The notes under the pieces: model-generated
What the model saw: only the letters and a program-made list of their open reading frames with translations
What the model was told of the DNA's origin: nothing
Database searches by the model: none
Assembly (NCBI GenBank): GCA_054600435.1
Contig: BAAIJX010000091.1
Location: 1 to 53,665 of the forward strand
DNA from: Neophaeotheca triangularis
Taxonomy: Eukaryota
DNA: 53,665 bases
Direction: 5' to 3'
Translations under genes and position numbers: made by a program
In this document: one piece after another, positions 34,701 to 47,565 of the stretch
Layout: each line of letters starts with the position of its first letter
Position numbering within the stretch: the stretch's first letter is position 1

Positions 34701-36450
34701 GGTGTCCCTGCTCCTCTATCGTCGGCTCCGGTTCATTGAACCATCTTTCCTGCGGTGCGAAGAGGCTGGCACGAGGCTGCGGGGCTCCCGCTGGCCCATG
34801 GCTGCGCATGTCGATGACCTCAGCTACAGGACGAGGACGGCGGCGATCGACCGAGCTTCTTCGTCTCGAAGGTCCGGCAACAGGTGAAGGATCAGTACGA
34901 TAGGGCGGAATCTCAGCAACGTGAAAATTCTCAGGGTGCGCGACAGGCCTGATCGTCTCTTCCTCAAAAGTCGTGCTCCTGGCACGTTCTCCCACAGCTT
35001 CGCTGGTCCCGCGCAATTGCCAATCGAACTCCTCAGAAAACCGCGACGCTCTCCTCGTTGAGCTGGACTGTGCCCGCTCTGTACCTTTCCCGAAGGTCAT
35101 GCCGTCCACATCCTCTTCTACAGCAATATCGCTGCCAACAGGCCGCATGTAGCGTTCCTCCGCGAAGCTTAAGGCTCTCGAACTCAGCCTGGAACTCCTC
35201 CTCGAACGAGTCAACCCGGGGGAAGATCTCGATTCTCGTCGCTCTTGCTCAGTCTGCAAGACCTCAGTGGGTGGGTTTCCCGCTTGCTCATGCTGAGCGC
35301 AGTGCTGCGGACTCGAGGGAAAGGGCGAGACATCGGCATCCTCGACGAGCGTCTTTTCACTGTCGCTGCTTGAGTGGCCTTGGCGTCTCTCCATGCTACG
35401 CAATAAAACTCTGCCCCTAGGAGATCCAAAAGGCGAGATAGCGCTGCTGTTGCGGTGTCGATCCATAGTATCTCTCGCTATATCTTCGACTGCAGCCGCC
35501 TAAGCCGCATCTCTTGCCGCTCTGGCATCGTTGCGAAGAGTTTCCGCGCCTTCTCTAACAGCAGAGGTAGCCTCATCGTCAGAGTCGACATTCATCCAGG
35601 GATGCTCCTCAACAGCAGCCCTAAGCTCGTCTCCCGTGGTAGCTGACTCAATCAGACTACCCAACCGAAACTGCGGCATAGTAGGATCCCTCCCCCCTTC
35701 CTCGCTCCGATACTCCAACCCAGCGACCGATCCGAAAGGCGAGATAGCACTGCTCCTCTGCCTCTGCGCCAGAACAACCGATCCCGCTCGCCTCAAGTCA
35801 CTCAGTGCCTGATCCCTGGCAGCCACAGCCCAAAGGTCGGCCTCTGTAAGCACCGCATCACCTCCCTCCTCATCCCCTTCCCTCCCCAGACCCGCAAAAC
35901 CTCTTGCGAGAGCATCCACCCCGGCGACGTCAACTTCCCCATACCAGCTGGTAGTCACGCGATCCAGCTCATCCAAGCCATCAAAACCGGCACTCCGCCG
36001 TGTAGCCTCCACTTCAACCCCCTCCTGAGAAGCCGTTCCCTCAACCCGATCCCCAAACCTTCCATCCCAAACTCCCAGACCCCGGTCAATGACTCCCAAC
36101 CCCGTTACAACGTCCAACCCCAACCCCTCAACAACCACCGACCCGACACGATTGAGAGCCATATCCCGCTCGACGACGAACCCCTCATCGCCATCCCCTT
36201 CACCGAGTCTGAAAGCTGGAACTTTAGCCTCTTCGGCCTCTGCTCCAGTACCCGGGGCTTCGAACCCCGAAGCCTCTAGCCCGGAAGCGAGTCCTGAGGG
36301 TCCAGCGGCCGTGTCCGACCTCTCTTCTTGGGGGGTAGCGGGAGCGCTACTGCCGGTGTGGTACGCGAGCGAGTCCTTTTTCTTCTGCGCTTCGCGGTTT
36401 GCTTCTTCGTCCGGGGCGGGTGGGAGCTGGTTTGCCTCGTTGCGGTTCAT
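28792..36450 (-). CDS. Very large, mostly disordered Ser/Arg/Pro-rich hypothetical protein; one 2553-codon frame interrupted by in-frame TAG at 35502-35500 and 29436-29434
   Basis: ORFs 36450-35500, 35466-29434 and 29391-28792 are in the same frame with stop-free 11- and 14-codon gaps. The SSAISPFGS motif is repeated on both sides of the first TAG. A few helical or alpha/beta islands are present, but no family was recognised. The gene model is uncertain. Confidence 0.7.
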
Positions 36451-37017
36451 GATTGTTCGCTGGGCGATTCAGCGGCCTGGGTGTGTGTGTCGAGTGAGGG
36501 TTCGTGCGCGGGTTGCTTGTGAGTGGGCTCGAGACGTTCGAATGATTGGTTGTTTGGTAAGCTATGTTTGTAGCGGTAGTATGTGTGCGATGTTTTGCTC
36601 TGTTCTGTTGTAGTTCTGTTGGGTGTTTGAGTAAGCTGTATTATCTGCTAGCTGTATGGGTTGCTTGCTGGAAAGCCGATGCGCTAAGTGTTGCTTTCTG
36701 ATGAGTCTGTTTTCTGGTCTATTGGTTGATCTGCGGAGTGTAGAGTTATGGCTGAGGTAGTGATAGTAATGTACATCTTGTTGCGTCTTTCAAAGCCGCC
36801 CTGTACCTACCGTCCTTTCCAGTCAGAAGCTGAGACGAGGCAGCTCCGATCGCTTCATCGAAGAGACGACTGAGGCAAGGACTCTCCGCGGTACTGCGCG
36901 ATATACCGTCCTCGAAGAGACTCAGACTCCATGCAAAGATGTTATACATTCGCAAGCTCGTTTCACTCATCACCTCATACCAATCTCATCAAGCTATCCT
37001 TCCGTTCATTCACTCCC

Positions 37018-38546
37018 TTACATCTTCCCATTTACCTGCACCCCCTCCTTCGAATCCTGCCCCAGCTCACAAAAAGCCTTGAAAGTCACGAAACCTTCAC
37101 TCTGACTCTCAAGCACACACTCAGCCGTCGAACCGACAAAATACACAAACCCTTCCTTTATATCTTCAGTCTTGGGTCCAACGCTAATTTTCCCTTCCCC
37201 AGCAGTACAAATGAAGATACTCGGTCCCTCGATCGGCTCAAAAGTCGCCTTGGCCCCGGACTTCTTCAACTCCGTCCTCACGACACTAAACTCCTCAATT
37301 GGGGGATCGTAAAGCATGGCGTCGCTCCCACTGCTGTAAGCCGCAGCGTCAAGCTTGACGTAAGGATACGCGACCGGCTGCATCTTCTGCTCCTCAATGG
37401 GTGCATACGAGTAGGTGAGCATGTCCACAAGAACATCCACGTCTTTGAACTTGGGTGTGAAGCCCGCGCGCACGACATTGTCCGAGGCCGCCATGCATTC
37501 GATGATGTCGCCGGAGAGGTAGGCGTGGATGTCGTCGGCTTTGAGAAACATGGCTTCGCCGATGGAGAGCTGGACGTAGTTAAGGAAGAAGGAGACGAAG
37601 AGGCCGATGTCGGAGGGGAATTGCGAGTCGAGGCGTTGCATTAGGTCCGAGAGTTCTTTGCCAGAGTTGGAGGGTCCGCCTGAGCCAGCGAAGGAGTCGC
37701 CTTCGGTTTTGGCTTGCTGGAGGAGTTGTTTAGCGGCGGCTTGTATGTCGGAGGCCTCGCTCTTCATGAGGCTGGCGAAGGCGGACTGGAGGGCTTTTTT
37801 GTTCGAGGCCGTCTTGTTGCTGTCTGAGGTTGTTTCTTGACCTTTGACTGTCTTTTCGAATTCGCTTGCTGCTTCTTCTCCTACTAAATGGCGTAGACTG
37901 GGAACGTGTTGGAGGAAATGGGCGACTTCGGCTAGGGGGCGGAAACCACAGAGGCCGTCAAAGGGGGTGATTGCGATGGTCATCTCAGGCTTGTGATTGT
38001 CGTCCGGGTAGTGCTCTGGGTCTTTCTGACGCAGCTTCTCCGCCAGCTGCTTGTTGGGATGTGCTTGTATACTAAGGGCCTTGCTGATTGACAGGACTTT
38101 GAAGAGGAAGGGAAGCTTCTGTTGGTACTTCTTCGCAATGGCTGGAGACATGAGCTGTTGGTTGTCCTGGACCAAATCGAGGAGGGTTCGGCCGGTCGTA
38201 AGGTCTTTCGAGGGGTTGGAGGGGTGTGTGCCCATCCAGAGCTAGCGCCATTGCCATCAGTGGTGTCCCTAGCAACATTTTTGTTTCGTCCATACCTCAG
38301 CATATGGCTTGTCGGACTGAACCTCGAAGTTGGTGGCAGAAGCATAGCGAGCGGCGGCCGAGTCCTTGCCCGTCTTGCCTTGGTCGCGTTAGCTCTGACG
38401 ATGCGCACATAGATAATCTCTTTCTAAGCAGACTCACCCCATTCGTAGCTGTTGCAACCTACATTGGATTGTTACTACATAACGTCTGATGCGCATGGCA
38501 AGCGTCTCGACTCACCGCACTGCAAGCGGAGTAGCGGGACCTGCAT
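37018..38546 (-). CDS. pmi40: Mannose-6-phosphate isomerase (type I PMI); exons 38546-38516, 38458-38438, 38378-38296, 38241-37018
   Basis: [19 protein letters not shown]...[44 protein letters not shown] and [22 protein letters not shown]. Three canonical GT-AG introns. Confidence 0.96.
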
Positions 38547-39066
38547 GTTGGCAGTGCTTTTTACGTTTTTTTCGAGGGTAACTCGGTTCTTTAGAAAAGG
38601 TCACAGAGTGAACTGTACGAGGAGCTTGGAACAGGAGGACGTTGTTGTCGTGGGAAAGAAATCGATGTTGGTCGCGTTACTCATTATTACGCTCGTCCGT
38701 ACTAGGTAAGTTAGGTACATATTCAGATGAGGTAAGGCACACGGCATACCAGCTCCGACGTCACTTTTGGATTAGGTCGACGGGTACGACCGACACTAGC
38801 TCTGTATATGTCAGTGCTTGAATAGAGATAGGTACACTAGTACCTACACTAGAGAACCGTCTATAATCTTGGAAGTGGATGACATTTCGATACATGTACC
38901 GATCAATATCCACCTCCAAGAGTCTAGCCCTAGAGCAATAAGACGCTCACTACAACATGTAATTTTCTCCCCCCAAACGATTTTAAAGTCGCATAGTCAC
39001 ATCGCCAGGTAGGAAGATAGATTAGTACACGTAGAACAGCAGCACCCGGGCCCCATCGTCACAACC

Positions 39067-40020
39067 ATGGCCACCCCCACCACTACCACTACCACCACCG
39101 CACTGCCGAAAAAAGTCTGGACAACCCTCATAACCAATACCACCTACCTCTCCGGCCTCCTCACGCTAGACTACAGCCTCAAACTCCAGAACAGCGCCTA
39201 CCCGCTCATAGCCCTGTACACCGACACCTTCCCGGCCGAGGGTCACGCGGCTCTCGATGCGCGCCGCATCCCCAAAAAACGGATCCCCTACCTCCTGCCC
39301 TCGGTACCCAAAGACTTCACCAACGACCCCCGCTTCTACGACTGCTGGAGCAAACTCACGCCATTTGGGTTGACGGAATACGACCGTGTCGTGCAGCTCG
39401 ATAGCGACATGTTGGTGTTGCGCAACATGGACGAGTTGATGGAAGTGCCGCTCGACGGGGCCGAGTTGGCGGGCAAGGGGAACAGAGTCTTCGCCGCGAG
39501 CCACGCCTGTGTCTGCAATCCGCTCGGAAAGAAGCACTACCCTGCCGATTGGGTGCCGGAGAATTGCGCTTTTACGAGCCAGCATGGGGATGCGGAGAAC
39601 GCGCAGGAGGTCGGCGCAAAGTGTACGGCGGGTCTGGCGATGCCAAACGGGGGTTTGCAAGTCGTGGTGCCGAGTGCGGAAGCTTATGGGTTGATTTCCG
39701 CAGCGTTGGGGAGCGAGGGCACGATGGATTATGAGTTTGCGGATCAGAGCATGTTGGGGGATTTGTTTAGGGAGAGGTGGGTGCCGTTGCCGTATGTGTA
39801 CAATGCGCTGAAGACGCTGAGGTGGAAGGGGGTGCATGATGCGATTTGGAGGGATGCGAGGGTTAAGAATGTGCATTATATTTTGAGTCCGAAGCCTTGG
39901 GATGAGAATGAGGAGGATAAGGGGAGGGAGGCGAGGGATGGGACGAATGAGTGGTGGTGGGAGATTAATGGGAAGAGGTTGGCGGATGAGAGGGGAAGGG
40001 GGATTGGTGATGGGTTTTGA
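39067..40020 (+). CDS. Glycosyltransferase family 8 protein (glycogenin/galactinol synthase-like)
   Basis: Single ORF with KVWTTLITN..YLSG, CWSKL..F.LTEYDRVVQLDSDML (DxD), FADQ, LPYVYNALK and VHYILSPKPW. Confidence 0.93.
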   Translation: MATPTTTTTTTALPKKVWTTLITNTTYLSGLLTLDYSLKLQNSAYPLIALYTDTFPAEGHAALDARRIPKKRIPYLLPSVPKDFTNDPRFYDCWSKLTPFGLTEYDRVVQLDSDMLVLRNMDELMEVPLDGAELAGKGNRVFAASHACVCNPLGKKHYPADWVPENCAFTSQHGDAENAQEVGAKCTAGLAMPNGGLQVVVPSAEAYGLISAALGSEGTMDYEFADQSMLGDLFRERWVPLPYVYNALKTLRWKGVHDAIWRDARVKNVHYILSPKPWDENEEDKGREARDGTNEWWWEINGKRLADERGRGIGDGF

Positions 40021-41031
40021 GGGGGGATGTGTTGGTTGTTGGTTTATTTCAGAGGAGGTCATGTCAGGATAATCTATTCGATTTGGTCGACATAGCACGA
40101 GGAGTATGTGGATGATTCAGGGGACCCGCCGGCAAGATGACGGCGAGATGGTTGAATAGAACGGCAGCAAGTGAGTGTCATGGATGAAGAACAAGGTCGG
40201 GACGGTAGACAATTCTTCGAGTACAACCTCATATGACCTTTTCTTACATGAAACATTGCATTTCGCAAAGTGGAAAGGATCCGGAGGTGATTGAATACCC
40301 GGGTACCTAGATGCAAACGACAATATATAATCAGACGAGTTCTATAGCTGACTGACCTCGTACATATGCACACGTTTCAATGTAGGTACCTAGGTAGTAC
40401 CTTGAAGAAGGGTTCACGGTGCAAGAGTTCTGTTGATCATCATCATCACCACGCGAACCAACGGCACCGGCCCCGGCACCCTGCAGCGGGCGAAGAAATG
40501 AACTTGTAGGTTATTGCCGAGATTGTTATTATTGCCCAGTGAAGGTGCTGTTCAGAACTACTAGTATGGTACAGTACCTAGGTTAGTACTAAGTCTGTAC
40601 TACTTTATTGAGTATTCGAGCAGGCGGTCTGTGCTCTGCGTTCGACTTGAATCGTACCGTACCTGAATTAACCGCTCGACTTGTAATAACGACAACCTTG
40701 GTTAATTGTTTGGCATTACAGATAAGGTAGGTAGGTAGGCAGAAAGGGGAACTGCAGACATACTAGTACTTAATCACTACTTCTACTTGTACCTCTTACT
40801 ACTTTCTCCCCCTCCCCCCCTTGCTACTCGAAACTCGACATTTTCATCTTCATCTCTCCCTTCACGCAAAACCATCACACTTGACGACCGACCACGAACG
40901 CGACGATACCGTACCGTACCGTAACTTAATCTACACCCAATCGCAAATTCACCCCTGACAACCAGAAGGAGCCATCACCAAACCACTGTCAAGTAGTGGC
41001 CTAGCTCTTGCTACTAGTACCTACCTACTAG

Positions 41032-41894
<863 letters not shown>

Positions 41895-41984
41895 TGCACT
41901 TGCAAGACCTTCACAACGTCCTACCTTGATCATCATCTGCACTTATTCGGAAGGAAAAATGACTGCACTGTATTCTCTTAGCCA

Positions 41985-42881
41985 TTGTTCTGCACTGCCC
42001 CAGAAGAAGGAAATACTCCGCCCCTCGCCCCAGCCGACTCCTTTCCTCGCTCAGATTCCCGCCCTCTTCCTCGGCCCCAGCACTCGTTCAACACTTCCTT
42101 TCCGTCGCCATCCCGCAGGCATGAACGAGAAAGGCTCAAAAGCTCTAACCACCGGCTCGCAACCTCAGACAACAACCCCGAAAATCACTTTCACAACTCG
42201 CACGAACATTACCACGATTTCGACGCCGATGAGAACACCGACCCTCTTCTAACCCCGGCCGTACCACCACCACTCCACCTCACAACACTTACCACCAAAC
42301 CAACGCAGACCCAATGCTACACCCATCTCAACAAACACAACGACCTGAACCACCACAACAATCACCACCACCACCACCATACCCACAACCACACCCACAA
42401 CCACACCCACACTCACCCCCAAACCCAACCAAAACCCTTAATAACCCACCTGCGAATCCACCTCCCCCACTCCCACGCGCCCACTCACTCCCACCTCAGC
42501 CGCTGCGCCTCTCTAACCCGCAATTCAAATCCCCTAGGCTGCTGCCCCACCCCCCTCCACCACCACGAACACGCCCTCCACCTCCCCGTCTTCAACCCAA
42601 CGGGAATGGCCGCCCGCGCCCGCGAAGACACACGCCTCGACAGCGGCGCTTTCCCGGACGAACAGGACGGAGGGGGTTTTCCGTTTGGGGCACCGGGGTG
42701 GGGCGCCAGTGGGGGCAGGGGAGGGGGTTTTGGGAGTGGTGGTGCCGGCGGTTGGGGAAGGAGTGGGGGTGTTGGGATTGGGGGTGGTGGTGGGGGTTTG
42801 GACGTGCAGGTGCTTATGTTGGTTGGGTTGGTGGGGTTTATGGGCGCGGTTGTGGTTTTTGAGGGATTTGGAGGGGTTTAA
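41985..42881 (+). other. Open frame without an early ATG: His-rich, then Gly-rich, then a C-terminal hydrophobic helix (possible CDS; internal ATG near 42606)
   Basis: 299 codons open, with the C-rich to G-rich polarity of neighbouring genes. Ends ...LDVQVLMLVGLVGFMGAVVVFEGFGGV*. Low complexity could keep it open by chance. Confidence 0.4.
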
Positions 42882-43492
42882 GGAGGGGTTTTTGTTCGAG
42901 TTGAGAGGTCAGATGGCTAGAAGGCTTGAGGAGGTTGGTCGATGGCGACGGCGATGGGTTGGAGAAGGGGAGTGGACGGATGGTGGGATTCGAATGCTTG
43001 TGGTCCTTAGCGAGCTGGCTTTTTTTTCTTTCTTGTTGTATCCTCTGTCTGAGCTGAGGGCTTTGGGATGTGGCATTGAATGGGTCGGCGGTTGCACTTG
43101 GGCACAAAAGGCTCCTCTGCGTCCCGTTCTTCGGGCAATCGGAATTTTGCTCTCGAGCCTAGCGTTTTGTGGAGTTGGTCGAGGTGGAAAGTGATTAATA
43201 CCCAGCACTGGTTTCTTTTTGGTTTTTCTATACCTTTTGCCTCTTTTCCTCGACGTGGCAGCGGTTTTGATGGGAGAGCAAGGCCTTCGGGTGGAAGGGA
43301 TGGTAAAGAGGTGCAGAGGGGATAAAGAAAGGTATTAGTGAGCTAGTAGTATAGCGGTAGAAATTAGTGATGCTAGCTTCCTTGGCCAAAATCTTCTCTG
43401 GGATGTGCAGAATGCTTGGGTCTTTTAGGGTTGGTTGGTAGAGCGTTGGAAATCCAGGTCGTCGTCGCCTCGGTCGCCGTGGTGAAGACGCC

Positions 43493-44887
43493 TCACTTCT
43501 CTGTCAGCACAAATCTCCTCTCAACCTCGCTCAAAATATCCTCCGTCTCGCCCTCAAACCGCAACCTCACCAACCCCTTCCTCCCCTCCTCGCCCTCGCC
43601 CTCCCCGCCAGCAGCAGCTTCCAGAACCCCCGAACTCCAGCCCACACTAACCTCGGCGCGGTAAAAAGTCGTCGTATCCGGATACTGCGCCAGGACCTGC
43701 CGGCCCTTGGCCAAATCGCCCAGACCGCGGTTCGTTTGCGGTATCTGCATCAGATTGGCCACGGAAGCGCGCATCGGGGGCGGCTGGTTGGGCGAGCTGG
43801 CGTCGACGTCTTGGATCTCGTAGCGCCGTTGTTTCCCTTCGCCTATGACGGAGGTGACGCGGCAGAGGATGCCTTCGCCTTCGGCCGAGGGGTCTTTGTG
43901 GCGGTGGAAGACGATTTCGTTGAGTTTGAGCGAGAGCCGGGGTGGGCGGGTGGAGGTTGTGGTTGCGGTTGTGGTTGTTGCCGCTTGTGGGGCTGTGGTG
44001 GGTGGAGGGTCGGCGGGGGCGGGGTTCTTGGTCGAGGCCGTGGGGGTTGTGGATGTCGTGGTTGAGTGCGGGGTTTCGGCGCCTTCTTCGAGTTTTACCG
44101 AGGTTTCGCGCGTGGGGATTAGGGAGGAGGCGCGGGAGGGTTTGGAGGCGGGTTGCTGCTGGGTTTGCTCCGAGGTCTTGTTGTGGCGGGAGTTGGCTGA
44201 GAGGTGGATGCGGGGGGAAGGGGCGGCGGTTGTTGGGGTCTCGTCGTCGTCGATTGCTGGGGTGGAGGCGGAGGCTTTGAGGGAGCCGGCGGATTTTTTG
44301 TTCGGGCGCGCGTTCTTGGACGAGGCGGAGCGGTGGGTGCTTTGGCTGACTGCCAGGGCTGCTAGGGCGGATTCTTCAGAGGCTTCACGCAGGCCCGCGA
44401 GGATCTTGATGCTGTCGAGGAGCGGCATGTCGTGGCTGGAGCCTTCGAGGATGTGTTGCACTTCTTCGCACAGTTTGAGGTTCTCGCGGTAGAGCTTCTC
44501 CAGTTTGTCGTCGAGGGTGGCGTCGGTTGGTTTGTTGTCTTCGATTAGAGCGGCTTGGGTGGATTCGGCTTCGAGTATTTGGGTGCCGAGGGTATTAGAT
44601 TTGTTCTGGTCCTGCATTAGCCCTGGGAAGCTGGGTTTGTTCACGTGGTGTAGCAGAGCAAAAGGGGCCATGGGTTTCTTCTTGAGACTTGAAAAAAAAA
44701 AGGGAGGAATTGGGCTTTGGAGTAATTGGCACAAGAAAGGGACATGAATGGACGGCGAGAGTGAGAATGGACAACATACCACCATGTCATCGACATCTCG
44801 CGCCTTGTCTTTGATCTCTTTCCATAGCCGTCTCTCCTCGTCAGTGTCTTGATTATGGTTGGTTCGAGGTCTGCTACGCGCCGACAT
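43493..44887 (-). CDS. sgf29: SAGA-associated factor 29 (tandem Tudor); exons 44887-44780 and 44605-43493
   Basis: C-terminal EGEGILCRVTSVIGEGKQRRYEIQD...VLAQYPDTTTFYRAEV...RLRFEGE...VERRFVL and an N-terminal coiled coil. In-frame intron 44779-44606 (GTATGT..GCTAAT..CAG). Confidence 0.9.
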   Translation of the reverse strand: MSARSRPRTNHNQDTDEERRLWKEIKDKARDVDDMVVCCPFSLSPSIHVPFLCQLLQSPIPPFFFSSLKKKPMAPFALLHHVNKPSFPGLMQDQNKSNTLGTQILEAESTQAALIEDNKPTDATLDDKLEKLYRENLKLCEEVQHILEGSSHDMPLLDSIKILAGLREASEESALAALAVSQSTHRSASSKNARPNKKSAGSLKASASTPAIDDDETPTTAAPSPRIHLSANSRHNKTSEQTQQQPASKPSRASSLIPTRETSVKLEEGAETPHSTTTSTTPTASTKNPAPADPPPTTAPQAATTTTATTTSTRPPRLSLKLNEIVFHRHKDPSAEGEGILCRVTSVIGEGKQRRYEIQDVDASSPNQPPPMRASVANLMQIPQTNRGLGDLAKGRQVLAQYPDTTTFYRAEVSVGWSSGVLEAAAGGEGEGEEGRKGLVRLRFEGETEDILSEVERRFVLTEK

Positions 44888-45447
44888 TGTGAAGGTCTGC
44901 AGTGGCGGGGGATGATAGAGGGACACGAATCGAAAAAGCAGTGAGAAACGACTGCGATGTATATCGAGGACAGGAGCAAATGAAAAGCCAAAGGGGGAAG
45001 AATCAACTATGCCTGGCCAATTGATATGATATGTGATATGGATGGCGAGGAAATGGCCAGCGAGACACGGACGAGGTTAATAACAAGCCTCGACCCCTAC
45101 TTAACTTACATAAGGTACCCGTACTAACTAGTTAACTTAGTGGCTATAACTAGGTAGATATGGGGATTAGGGGGAAAACCTAACAGGGGTGACACGGCAG
45201 TGTCCGTGGTGTGCATTAGGTCGGCTAGTGCCGAGCCGAGCACATGGAGAGAGAGAGAGCGACGTCACGACCACAGAAACTCTCCCAAAACATTTGGAAG
45301 CCCAGAGTTAGGTCGAGTCTCGAGAGCAGATTGAAGACTGCCTCTTGTGAATAATACAAATCACCAACCTCCACTCTTTGGTATGGAGAATTGGAGTCGG
45401 TCTTGCTTCACTCTCCTCTCCTCCTCGTCCTCGTCCTCCTCCCCCCA

Positions 45448-46536
45448 ATGTCTGCTCCGGTGAAGGACAACACGCAGCCGATCCCGGTCACTGAGCTGCC
45501 CGTTAAGCGTAAAGATGGGACGGCGCAGACAAAAGATGGTGTTCCCAAGGGCGCCCAAAACTACAAGGGCTTCGTCGCCGGTGTCTTCTCTGGCATCGCC
45601 AAATTGAGTGTAGGGTGAGGAGGGACCATTCGCCAGCATCTCCACCACTAAATCGTTGCTGACAGTACTTGTAACAGCCACCCCTTTGATACAATCAAAG
45701 TCCGCCTCCAAACCGCCCCCAAATCCCAATTCACCGGCCCCGTCGACTGTCTCATGCAAACCCTCCGCAAAGAAAGCGCCCGCGGTCTCTACAAAGGCGC
45801 CACACCTCCTCTCCTAGGCTGGATGGCCATGGACAGCATAATGCTCGGCAGCCTAACCTTTTACCGGCGCTTTCTAAACGACAACCTCTTCCTGCCCCTG
45901 CGCTCGCGCCCCAACAACCCCGCCATCTACCTCCCCGATGCCGAGCGCAAAAAACTCCCCTCGGTCGGCCACGCCCTAGCCGGCACTCTCGCGGGCTGGA
46001 CCGTCTCCTTCATCGCCGCGCCCATCGAACACATAAAAGCGCGCCTACAAATCCAGTACCAAGCGCAAAAGTCCCAACGCCTCTACTCAGGCCCCATCGA
46101 CTGCACACGCAAAATCTTCGCTTCCCACGGCATCTCCGGCCTCTACCACGGCCTCTCCGCGACCCTCCTCTTCCGCACTTTCTTCTTCTTCTGGTGGGGC
46201 TCGTACGACCTGCTCACCAGGTACTTCCAGAAAAACACCAATTTGAGTACACCGGCGGTAAATTTCTGGGCAGGGGGCTTGTCCGCGCAGATCTTTTGGA
46301 TCACCTCGTACCCTTCGGACGTGGTGAAGCAGCGCGTGATGACGGATCCACTCGCGGCGGGCGAGAGGCGCTTTCCCCGTTGGCGGGATGCGGCGAAGCA
46401 GATTTGGCGTGATGGCGGGGCAAAGGGGTATTGGAGGGGTTTTGTGCCGTGTTTTTTGAGAGCTTTCCCCGCGAATGCTGTTGCGCTAGTGGCTTTTGAA
46501 GGAGTCATGAGGAGTTTGGGGGAGAAACAGTGGTAG
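45448..46536 (+). CDS. Mitochondrial carrier (SLC25; carnitine/amino-acid carrier-like); exons 45448-45614 and 45678-46536
   Basis: Three Px[DE]xx[KR] signatures: HPFDTIKVRLQ, APIEHIKARLQ and YPSDVVKQRVM. Intron 45615-45677 (GTGAGG..GCTGAC..CAG). Confidence 0.94.
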
Positions 46537-47067
46537 AAGGTGGGACCTGTACAGCAGAATTGTTGAGATGTTCTTAGCAACGGAATATTTGTGGGCATAG
46601 CGTTGGCGTCTCGGTTAGGAATGGATTGGTTTCGCTTTTTGGGAGGGACAACTCTGCTCTTGGGCTTGCTGCTGGAGAGTGAGCGATACCCATCTGTCTC
46701 GGCGTGTATATATATAAACCTAAGACACTTGTAGCATTATTATCACATCACCCCCCTCGCGCCGACACTTTCACGTGCCACTGGCTACTGGTGCCTTTGG
46801 TAGTTATCGCCAGTGTCTACGCATGTGCGGCTACAAAGCGGTTATAAAAGAAGAAGAAACGTTTCCTTTCACCACTTTCTCTGGAGTACGCTCGATGCGA
46901 TACGACCTTATGAAGGCACTGGCGCGAGTGCCTCTCTTAGGGCGATTTTTGGCCCCAGGGCCCAACTGAAGAAGGGTCAGCAAATCGATGCTGCTGTTGT
47001 CTTGACTCCAGACTTGGGATCGGAACCTCGAACGCCGGGAGGAAACCACGCAGGCCTCAAAAACCAG

Positions 47068-47565
47068 GGTGTTGTGGGTTTCCCAGCCACTAAGGCAGAA
47101 TTACTCGTCAGCTAGAGACTGTGGACATTGCAGACTACGTCCCGCGAAGGACCGCCTCTTGTACAACAGTCGACCACTCTCCGTCGCAAAAAGGCACCGA
47201 GAGCGACTAAAGCCCGTCCCCTGAAAGTGACTTGAGCTGAGGCGTTGTGATCCCGGGCTGATGAGGCAGACCACCTTGTTAGCGAAGTGGTCGATTTCCT
47301 CACCGGCCACGGCCAGTGGATGACCACCTGCTAGACAATCTTTAACCTCTCCCCATCCCAAGTAGGCGCCGAGAAACATTAAAACCCGCCCTCTGCAAGA
47401 ACTTCAGCTAGGGCGTTGTGGGTTTCCCGGCTGAAGAGGCAGATTTACTGGTTAGCGAGGGGATCTAGATATCTGTAGCCAACGGCCAGGGAACGACCTC
47501 CCACTATACCACCGTGGACCATCCCCCGTCGCGAGCGGGCGCCGGGAGCCATTTCAGCCCACCTT
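47068..47565. repeat. Three degenerate tandem repeats of ~171-173 bp
   Basis: Units start GG(T/C)GTTGTG at 47068, 47241 and 47412. They share (A/G)AGGCAGA, GT(T/C)AGC, GGC(A/G)CCG(A/G)GA and A(G/A)CCC at equivalent offsets. Confidence 0.75.

Noticed and set aside
35500..35559. Possible 60-nt intron GTTAGA...TAG removing the first in-frame TAG of the giant gene
   Set aside because: No CTRAC-like branch point and the sequence reads as coding. Not excluded without RNA data.
47068..47565. CRISPR-like or tRNA/rRNA interpretation of repeats
   Set aside because: Eukaryotic context; the units diverge along their whole length with no repeat-spacer structure. No tRNA or rRNA was recognised anywhere in the window.
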